DNA of 64,000 nucleotides from Eledone cirrhosa (taxonomy: Eukaryota), in assembly GCA_964016885.1 (NCBI GenBank), contig OZ024740.1, forward strand, positions 205,158,001 through 205,222,000. Reading direction: 5' to 3'. Positions 12,010 to 21,517 of the stretch are shown piece after piece (positions within the stretch are counted from its first letter, which is position 1; every line of letters begins with the position of its first letter). The notes beneath the pieces were generated by a model. The model was given only the letters and a program-made list of their open reading frames with translations, was not told the DNA's origin and made no database searches. Position numbers and translations under genes: made by a program.

Positions 12010-12648
12010 TCTATATATATATATATAAAACTGAGGATGTCTGTGTGTGTGTGAGTTTGAATCCCTAAAACTCGAGAAGTACCCAACCGACTTTTTTCAA
12101 TCTTTACATGTGTATTACTTATGTTTCAGGGAGTGTTATGCACATAAAATTCAACTTTTTGATCCCATGGGGCCTGCATTAGGTGAAAAACTGCGTTTTT
12201 TCAGCCTTTTAGGTTTTTTTTTGAGGCGTTACGTCAGATCGATTTCCTTGAAATTGTAACTATGTATTAGTCAGTCTCTTCTTCATACCGTGAACAAAGA
12301 AAATCCAACCTTTTTATGGCCTAAGGCCCGCATTAGGTAAAACACTTCATTTCCCCAGCTTTTTAGGGCTATTTTGAGCCGTTACGTCTAGCCGATTTTC
12401 CGAAATTTCAAGGCATATTATGCACATAAAAAAAATTCATTTTCTTTAACTCCTAGGGCCCGCATTAGGTGAAAACCTGCATTTTTCCTGCTACACCGAG
12501 GAAAATCTTAAAGATTATCCAGCCATCAGAGTATTTGGTTTATTTTCTTTACATATTGTCCAGGCATGCAGTTTTTCCACGATTAGGTCTGTTGGCGGCC
12601 CGCGTTCCAAAACACCTTATCCCGTGCAACGCCGGGTACCACTGCTAG
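12010..12648 (+). mobile_element. Non-autonomous Helitron
   Basis: 5' A|TC start, 3' hairpin cccgtgcaacgccggg followed by CTAG|T, and internal repeats gggcccgcattaggtgaaa. A related 5' fragment lies on the minus strand at ~29000-29132. Confidence 0.85.
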
Positions 12649-13024
12649 TATATAATAAAATAAATAGAGATGATATAAAGTATATATCTTTTGGTTATTA
12701 CTATTATATATATATATATATAAAATATATTCATATACAATAAACATATGGGTAGCCTCGCTGCCGAATAAAAAAATATTTTTTCGCAACATAACGAAAA
12801 AAAAATTGTTTTAAAAAATTGTTTTTTCTCTCTATTTCCCTCAATAAATATATCACAGAGTCGCCAGTATGTTCTGAGAATATCCGACGAGTTTCAAGAA
12901 TTGTTAATCTTTTATCAGTGACACTCATTCAAAACGTACTGGCATATACGTGTATATATGTCTTTTTATGCATCTCTATTATGCTTAAACGCTGTAGTGT
13001 TACTGTAGTGAACAGAATTAAATA

Positions 13025-13175
13025 TATAACTAATTGCTGCATCTGGCTTTCGAGAATTGCCATCAGTGGATCCTTTTCTCACACACCGGTAGCACGAACG
13101 TGATTTTTTAACCCTGCCAAGGATTTACATTGCTTTCTGCATATAATGCAGCGGAAAAAAAACTCTTTTAGGCTA
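13025..13175 (-). mobile_element. RTE LINE extreme 3' end (C-terminal zinc finger plus tail)
   Basis: CIICRKQCKSLAGLKNH followed by atggcaattctcgaaagccagatgcagc, matching the RTE 3' end at 62980-63120 (CSVCTRVFKSLAGLKSH...gtggccgtactcgaaaacgag..ggcagcc). Confidence 0.6.
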
Positions 13176-13486
13176 CAGGCACATATATATATATATATAT
13201 AAAATGCAAAGGTAAGGTATTGTCTAGACCAGACATGTGAAACATGCAGCCATTTACAAAAACACCTGCGGCCCGCACAAAGGTTTTTACAGCGCGAGCA
13301 TGTTTTATCTTCGTAATATAAAATAAAAAAAATTAGTTGTCGTGTGTGACCCGCAGACAACACATATGTTACCCTCAGTTTGACATGTCTGGTCTCGACA
13401 CATGTATCTACATGTAAGAATTATACAGGTGCAATCGTATAAGAAGATCTGAGAGAAAAGATGTAATAAGATCGATTCTAATTATC

Positions 13487-13518
<32 letters not shown>

Positions 13519-14019
13519 CAGACAAAACAATTTACTACGCTTCAACAGTATGTAATAAAGAATTTCGCTCAAGGCGAAAAAAATATTTTCAGCTACTTTT
13601 CACTCATTGCTTTATGAAAGAATATTATTAAAGTGAAAGTGTTTCTTTTTTTAATTATAAAATATATTACACTTAACGTCAAAAAATATATTCTCAGATC
13701 ACATCTTATTTACATTTGTCTTTTAGTGGAGTTTCGGAATATGTAAAATGATCATAACACTTTATTTCTAGTTACAGAAGCAGTAGAGGCAGTGCAAATA
13801 TTAATCGATTTTAATATTTTGTTTTATTCGAAGCCTGATCAACATCTCCGTGCTGGTTGTATAGTTTATAGTTATCTCTTTCAATATCACTGCAGTCATC
13901 TTACACCTACCTAAACGGCAATCATTAGTTAATTTGGGGCATGGTCGGAATAGCAGTCTATAAACCCATCAGCTGCAGACTGCAACCCTTGTTCAATATC
14001 ACCATCATTATTTTACGAG

Positions 14020-14135
14020 TTCAAATCCCGCCGAGGTTCACTTTGCCTCTCACCCTTACGGGGTCGATAAAATAAAGTACCAGTAATGTACTGAAATAAT
14101 TGCTGGCCTTGTGCCAAAAGTATAAACAATTATTT
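14020..14135 (+). mobile_element. tRNA-derived SINE family (other copies: 14150-14257+15049-15130, 26025-26210 -, 32070-32210, 39720-39895 -, 42830-43003 -, 48990-49220, 58930-59110 -, 60305-60510)
   Basis: Shared gagttcaaatcccgccgaggt.gactttgcctttcatccttacggggtcgataaaataaagtaccagt...gctggccttgtgcc with a B-box-like head. Confidence 0.85.
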
Positions 14136-14257
14136 TACGTGTTCAGATGGTTGATTGGCAATATCAGTAGAGCGTCGGATAACATGATTTGCGGCATTCA
14201 GTTACTACACTTTACGTTCTGAGTTCAAATCCTGACGGAGTCGATAAAATAAAGTAC

Positions 14258-15048
14258 GGCGATATCCAATTTTAGTGGACTAAATGCTGCTTACGTGCTG
14301 TAGTTGCTGTTTACTTCAATGTATGAGGCTATTCCAACAAATTTACATTCCCCTTTTTTTAGCCGTTAAAAGAAATATAGATTTATTTATTGTTTTTTTT
14401 TTTGCGATTTATTTGCCACTGGGGCATAGATTTCTTTATTTGTCTCGTTTTTGCTACGATTTCTTTATTTGCTACGGGGGAAGTTTTTACAAAAATCAAG
14501 TACAAACATTTAACGAGTGATTAAAAAGGAATATAAAAAATTAAGTCCTCAATAGAGAGGCAGCCTTTTGCGGTCACACACACCCTCGTAGAAAGTGTGC
14601 GACCTTTCTGCCAGGGAGCACAGAGAGAGGGGGGTGCTCCCTTCTTCTCTTACCTGTACAAGCCGATATAGAGAGATGGCCCACTTACACGGGCCATTAT
14701 TGCTACTTTCACCCATCTTTCATGGAATTGGCTGGGACTGAGTGCCTTTCTATCCACCTTGATCCTTCTTTCGAAGTGGTATCGGAAGAAGAGGACCATT
14801 TGTTGGCCGGCGACATATCCCCACAGATCGGCAAAACAAACAAACAAACAAACAAAAACGTGGCAAATAAAGAAATCTATGCCCCAGTGGCAAATAAATC
14901 GCAAAATAAAACAATAAATAGATCTATATTTCTTTTAACGGCTAAAAAAAAAAGGGAATGTAAATTTGTTGGAATAGCCTCATACATTGAAGTAAGCAGC
15001 AACTACAGCACGTAAGCAGCATTTAGTTCACTAAAATTGGATATCGCC
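14258..15048. mobile_element. Non-autonomous DNA transposon with ~185-bp TIRs and 8-bp TSD (Merlin-like), inserted in a SINE
   Basis: Ends ggcgatatccaattttag... / ...ctaaaattggatatcgcc. TSD TAAAGTAC at 14250-14257 and 15049-15056. GG termini plus an 8-bp TSD fit Merlin; the superfamily call is inferred. Confidence 0.85.
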
Positions 15049-15406
15049 TAAAGTACGAGTAATGCACTGAGGTCGATTTAATCGACTTTCCCCTCTTACA
15101 AAATTGTGCCTAATTCAGAAACCATTATTTTACGAATACAATGAGTAAAACCCAATTAGTCATCATTTTATTCGGCTGGATTTCATTCATCATCTAACAT
15201 CAACCAATTGTGGAAGGAAATATTTTGAACTAGATGTTACTAGCAACAGAAATATTAGATTTCAGGACTTACCTTTTATTCTTCACGGATTACACAAAAG
15301 GGTTAAATGTTTTAAAAGGGTTGAATATATAAATGTAAATTAAACGTTTGAAAACATCGAGTAGCATTTAATAGATTGTTAGGAGTAAATAAATATAATT
15401 ACTTAC

Positions 15407-15432
15407 TTAGTGTCGGATTTTTTAGTGTCCAT
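15407..15432 (-). CDS. CBS: Probable upstream first coding exon of CBS (MDTKKSDT+AA)
   Basis: ATG GAC ACT AAA AAA TCC GAC ACT AA|gtaagt. Splicing to the 4945 acceptor (AAAA ATG) keeps the frame, giving MDTKKSDTKK-MVNEN.... Lies directly downstream of a promoter-like motif set. Confidence 0.5.
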
Positions 15433-15485
15433 AGTAATATTTGTTCTTTCAAACGACTTTGATTCTTGGTAAGTTGTTACGGTAT

Positions 15486-15560
15486 AAATGATCTGAGAAG
15501 ACACGCGCCCACCGGTATTAAACTGTTGATTGGCTAGAACACTATACGTTGATTGGTCAG
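15486..15560 (-). promoter_or_regulatory. Putative CBS promoter: two CCAAT boxes, TATA-like TTTAATA, Inr-like TCATTT
   Basis: ATTGG on + at 15529-15533 and 15552-15556 (CCAAT on minus). TTTAATA on minus near 15522, a GC-rich ggtgggcgcg, and TCATTT at 15491-15486, about 30 nt downstream of the TATA-like motif. Confidence 0.5.
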
Positions 15561-15924
15561 AATATACTATCACACACACACACACATATTCTCGTAAACA
15601 AACATCTTTATTGCAGCAAAGAAACAAATTCCACATTTAGTTAATTTGTTAAATAACTCGTCTCACCTATACATCACATATATTATAGTAAAAGTGTATT
15701 AACTACTCGCGAAGCGTCTTTCTCATACACCCTCGTCTCAAGTGGACGGAGGAGAGCAACATTTTTCGCTGTTAATAAACTGTTGCCTTCTACAGTACGT
15801 TTCATTATCTTACGCAGCATATTTATTTGTTTCATGCGCAGACTCTTCTGTACACACACACACAACATTTAGGAAAACGGAAACAAAATACCCCCCCCCC
15901 CCCCCCCCAAAAAAAAAAAACACA

Positions 15925-18900
15925 TTTTATTTCTATCGTAATCAAGTGCGCTAAACCTATATTGTTTACATTCTGTGTTTTTCTACGGATGGGTAGAAAT
16001 AACAAAATTGCCATGGTGATATCCATCGATGAAGTATGCGACAAAATTGGTCGATGTTCCAAAATAGAACATTGCCCAGAAGATCACATCTGCCATATCT
16101 GTACGGAACCCGAAAACTCGTTCCGTAATCGCTGGGTCGAATGTGGAACCTGTCACATATCTGTCTGCCTTCAATGCGCCACAGGCTTCCGGAAGATCCC
16201 AGGCCAAAATAAGAAACATCATATTGCTACGATGGATAGACTTTGGCAGATGGTCCAGCTAATAAATCGGTCCTTTCAGTGCCTGGACTGTATGCCTGCC
16301 TCTCCCATTGCTGTGGAACAACAACAACAACAACAAAAACCGAAGATTGTGTCTTCTTCTACCATTGTTCCCGAACAACAACAACAAAAACCGAGGATCG
16401 TGTCTTCCTCTACCATTGTTCCTGAACAGCAAAAACCAACGACCGTAGCTTCTGCTACTACCCCCGTTGAAGGACTTCATCAACAACAGCAACCCAAGTC
16501 TTCCTCACCCGTTACTTTTCAACAACAACAACCGACGACTGTGTCTTCTCCTACCATGCCTGTTGAAGGAGAAGAACAACAACAAAAACCGACCGTCAAT
16601 ACGGAGTTTGAGGAAATACGGCAAATGATTTCCGCTTTAAGCCGAGAAATAGCGGGAATAAAATCAAGCGTTCATTTAGAACCCCACAATGAGAGATCTT
16701 ACCGGAGTGCCTTGTTAAAACATCTCCGCGTACCTCATGTTGAACCTAGACGCATTGAGAATGCCACTGAATGCCATCAGAACAACCTGCCACCCCCTGC
16801 ACATAATCATAGACTGGAATCAAGGTACAAATTGTTGTCCTTGAATGCACGTAGTCTATGCAATAAGATTCATCTTTTTGACTCCTATGTCAAAAGTATC
16901 AACCCTGACTTCATTACAGTCACGGAAACTTGGGCACATCCCTTACTCTGTGATGGGGTTTTCAGCATGACTGGCTACAACCTGTTTCGTAAAGACCGCA
17001 TTAATCGTTGTGGTGGTGGTGTAATGGTCTACGTTCGGTCAAATCTGTCGGCAATTCCTTGTGTTGATTGAAACCAATCACAGCAGGAAGTTTTTTTCTG
17101 CAATATACGTATGACCATGTCAACACTGCTACTTGGAGTCGTTTACCGTCCCCCAAATTACCATCGAGACACTCAACTTTGTGATATCCTCAGAGCTGCT
17201 GCCAGGAAGACAGCCACTTATGTTTTCATTGCAGGAGACTTCACCCTGAGATTGACTGGGAAACCTTTCGTTAGCCGCCAAGTGCAAATGACTTCCTTGA
17301 GCTAGTGCTGGACTCGAGTTGGTCCCAAGTGGTCACCTCCCCAACAAGAGGTGACAACACTTTGGACCTACTCTTCACCACTACTCCTGAAACGGTCATT
17401 AGTGTTACTGCTGAGGAACATTTAGGTGACTCTGATCATGCTATGATCATTGCCAATCTATCCCTCATGGGCAGTAACAAGAACCACAACCATCTCCAAA
17501 CTGCTCACTTTGACTGGAATAAAGCAGACTGGAACTGTTACTGCACCGAGTTGCAACGGCCAAACTGGCTTGAGTTCTACGACTCTGGAGATGTCAACAC
17601 TATACTCCAGAACATCCTGAGCTCAATATGGACAGCATGTGCAGCATCGGTGCCACGTAAGCGGAAAAAACATCCCAAAAGTGCAATTTGGGAGACTGCA
17701 GCAGTTCGTCTTGCCAGAAAAGAACGGCGCAGTGCTGAACGTGAGTACAAACTTCACAAATCAGACATTAATAGGAAGAGGCGAAATAGATTGCCAACCA
17801 CCTCAAACAGATGACAAAAAAGGTAGTGCTTCAATTTGAGCAGCGCATAGCAACCAACCCTGACAGTAAGGTGTTCTGGCAGTATGTTCACTCAAAGCAG
17901 AGACCTCACTCTCCAGTTGGTCCTCTTCGCAATCCCCACACAAGCCAGGTTACTGACGACCCCAAGGAATGCGCAGAGCCCATTGCTGAATACTATGCAG
18001 GCATTTTCACTATTGAAGACCAGAGTGTACCATCTCCACCACCTATGACACCGGAGTCTATTACAGCCATGGAATTTAGACCTGCAATGCTGCGATGTCA
18101 CCTAAAAAATAAACGCAACCATGCCTCTCCTGGTCTTGATGGTATTACGTACCTGCTTCTTAAATGCGGTGGGAACTTCCTTCTGCACCAGTTATCACGC
18201 TTCTTCCAATTCTGTCTGAACAATGGTGCTACTCCAGAGCAGTGGAAAACTGCCAGTGTCATTCCTCTGTTCAAAAAGGGCAACCGCACATCACCTGTGA
18301 ACTATCGTCCAGTCAGTCTTACTAGTTGCATCACCAAACTGATGGAATCCTTTGTCAGACAAACACTTTGGAACTTCTGGAGCTCTCACAGTCTTATCTG
18401 GCCCTCGCAATTTGGATTTATCCCCAACTCCAGCTGCTGTGATCAACTTATAGAGTTTCTTGAGGACATCACCCGGATCACTGATGGCGGCTCATGGGTG
18501 GATGTTGTTTACCTTGACTTTGCGAAAGCCTTCAATTCTGTGCCACACAAAAGGCTTATGGCAAAACTCTCTGCAATGGGTGTGAAGGATGATCTTTTTA
18601 ACTGGTTGAAGTCCTGCATTCTCAGTCGAAGAGAGGTAGTCACGGTTCTGGGACAGCATTCCTCACCATATGAGATGTTATCTGGTGTACCACAGGGATC
18701 TGTTCTTGGCCCCCTTTTGTTTGTGGCATATATTAATGACATAGATGCCAACTTAAAGAATGCCACGGTACTAAAGTACACAGATGACATCAAGCTGTAC
18801 CTTGAGATAAAAAGGACAGATCCTGAACACTATAGATCTTGCTTGCAGTCTGACCTGGACACAATGCAACAATGGATCTCAGACTGGCAACTCAAGCTAG

Positions 18901-19744
18901 CTGTAGACAAGTGCACCACCATGCATTTTGGGAGTAAAAATCCAGCATCCACATACTCCCTCCACAGCACTAATATCAAGAAGTCTTCTTGTGAACGTGA
19001 CCTGGGCATTACGGTCAGCAGCGATTTGCTTTGGACAAAGCACGCCTCTAAAATTGTCAAGAGGGCCAAGGGTGTCTTAGCATCACTCAGCAAGACCTTT
19101 GTCAGCCGCTCTCCAGCTATCTATTTAAAGCTGTATATAGCTATGGTGCGGCCACACTTGGAATTCGCATCACCAGTCTGGAACCCCTATCTTGCTCAGA
19201 ACATTGACCGCCTGGAAACTGTTCAGAGACGTGTAACCAAGTGAATACCCTCCATCAGGCATCTACCATACTCTGAGCATGGATACATGGGCATGGATAC
19301 ATTGAAGCTCCGACGCCTGGCAACTGACTTGGTAAACACCCACAAAATTGTTAACCATCTTGCCAACAACAACCCTGAGTACCTTTTTGATTTCCATGTG
19401 TCTAACACACGTGGACATGTCCACAAAGTCAGAAAACAGCACAGTTCCCATGACTTTTGGAAACATTTTTTCACGCTCAGAGTTGCTGAAGCATGGAACA
19501 AACTACCTGCATCAGTTGTTAGCTGTCGAGACACTGCATCCTTTAAGGCCTCTATGCTTCCCGAGATCCGCCAACACTACAGCTAATGTTCCCCCTCCAT
19601 ACACATACACACATGTATACCATGACTCATACACTATTCACTTCCCTGACATTTGTGTATTATTCTATGTACTATACATACACCTTTGACGAGTTGTAGT
19701 GCACCTGAGCACTTTACACAATAATTTCATTATTATTATTATTT
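15925..19744 (+). mobile_element. Near full-length CR1-type LINE (PHD-finger ORF1 fused to APE, RT, (ATT)n tail), inactivated by stops and frameshifts
   Basis: PHD-like CHIC...WVECGTC...CLQC...CLDC; APE motifs; RT motifs NYRPVSLTS, YLDFAKAFNSV, GVPQGSVLGP, YTDD; RDLG; RPHLEFASPVWNP; 3' tail cattattattattatt at ~19727-19744. Confidence 0.95.
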
Positions 19745-20791
19745 CTAGTTCCAATGACACCGGCGGTTTCAACGGTTCATACTTAATCAACTGCCCCACA
19801 ACACTTTATGGCCAAAATCTAAAGAATGTGTTACATTTGATGTCCCAAAATGAGTGGTTACGAGAAACTGGAAGACTAGCTTTTATTCACAGTTGTATAA
19901 AAAACATTACCTTTTCTTCTCTTTCCAGAAGTTATTTCTAGAAAGGAGTTTCTAGACAAATGATTATTTCTAATATACAACATATTGTTTTTGTTATAAA
20001 TCTAATTATTTACAAAACTCAAAATATTACAAATTGTTTATAATTCTTACAGAATGAAAATATAAACACATAATAAATACAATTAATTATTGCTAGGAAC
20101 CTCATAAATATAATGCACAAAAATATAAGATCAAAGCGAGAGAAAAGTATAAATAAAAACAACCATCAATTTGTAATGTTATTTATGTATATCTTTGTAA
20201 ACATGTATAATTTATTCACATTTATAATAGCATATATAATGACACAATGCTTAGAGGAAAGTCATAAAATCACTTATATCAACACAAGTGGATAAGTTAC
20301 TTCAGAATGAAAATATAAACAGAGCATATAAATAAATTTACAGTAGAATAACATAACAAATATGTTTTAAATATATACATAAATAACATTACAAATGCCT
20401 CGGTAACACTACAAAGGATGATACTGTGGGTATGGTGTGGTGTGCAGTGGCCGGAGGCTGGGGAGTGCTCGACCGGAAGGGCCAGCAGGTCTGCCCCTCT
20501 CTAGGGTGGTCAGCGAATGTGGTGGACGTCAGTTTTGGAGCTCCCAGTTAACGAGTTGGATTGTACGCATGTGGGAGAGGAGAAACCAGCCATTGGATTA
20601 GCGGTGCCAGCGAAAGCGGTAAGTGAAGTAGCTTTTTCTAACCACCAAGCTATTTTGGCACTGGAAACAGATCTGATTTATCAAAAAAAAGAACTTTCTC
20701 GAAAACAAAGCTACTGGAAACACAGAAAGGAGTCTGGTGTTTTTTATTACTTACCGCAGGACAAAATTAGGATATGGCGACAAGATTATGA

Positions 20792-21517
20792 ATGAGCGGA
20801 GAAGCGAATAGAGCATTTACCGGTGAAGGCGATGTTGTCGCTTGGCTGCGAAAAGTCCGGCTGTTTGCAAGCTTACAGAAGATAGAAGATGTGGCTGGCC
20901 TCATGGCACTGTACCTCGAGGGGGATGCGTTGGCACTCTTCCTAGAGATGGATGAACACAGCCAAAGGGATGCTCAAAAGATTGAGAGGCGCATGATGGA
21001 AACGATCGCGGAAGGACCGTTAGCCGCTTTTGCTAAGCTGGCAAGGATTAGATGGAACGATGAAGGCATTGACAATTTCGCAGCGGAAATACGGCGATTG
21101 GCCATGTTGGCTGGATATCAGGTGGAATGCGAATGCACAGTGCGGTTGGCGTTCATAAATGGATTTCCAGACGACATAGCGGTGAAACTGCAGCAAGTCC
21201 CGGGTTACAAGGAAATGGAGATGCGTGCACTGGTGGAGCAAGCCCGCATCATAGCAGAAGATGCCAAGAAGAGTGTCGCGGCAATAGCAATGACAGAGGC
21301 CCAAGGCAGCCGGCAGCGAAACGGTGAAAGGGAGGCAATCACGGCACGTGGTTGCTGTTTTAGGTGCCAAGGCCTGCACATGGCGAGAGAGTGTAGAGAG
21401 TCAAGGCTGGACAAAATATGCTACCGGTGTAAGCGACCAGGCCACATCGCTACTAGCTGCGACCAGGGAAACGATCCAGGGGGAACTACTGCGTCACTAG
21501 CTGCCCCTTACGAGTAG
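20792..21517 (+). CDS. gag: Gypsy gag with two CCHC zinc knuckles
   Basis: Intact 241-aa ORF containing CFRCQGLHMAREC and CYRCKRPGHIATSC. Confidence 0.9.
   Translation: MSGEANRAFTGEGDVVAWLRKVRLFASLQKIEDVAGLMALYLEGDALALFLEMDEHSQRDAQKIERRMMETIAEGPLAAFAKLARIRWNDEGIDNFAAEIRRLAMLAGYQVECECTVRLAFINGFPDDIAVKLQQVPGYKEMEMRALVEQARIIAEDAKKSVAAIAMTEAQGSRQRNGEREAITARGCCFRCQGLHMARECRESRLDKICYRCKRPGHIATSCDQGNDPGGTTASLAAPYE

Noticed and set aside
13079-13363. C2H2 zinc-finger host gene
   Set aside because: The finger and the sequence after it match the RTE LINE 3' terminus seen at 62980-63120, and the ORF runs through a (TA)n tract.
14645-14660. U1 snRNA fragment (cttacctg)
   Set aside because: Only 8 nt match and no U1 stem-loops or Sm site follow; it is better read as a donor-like site on the minus strand.
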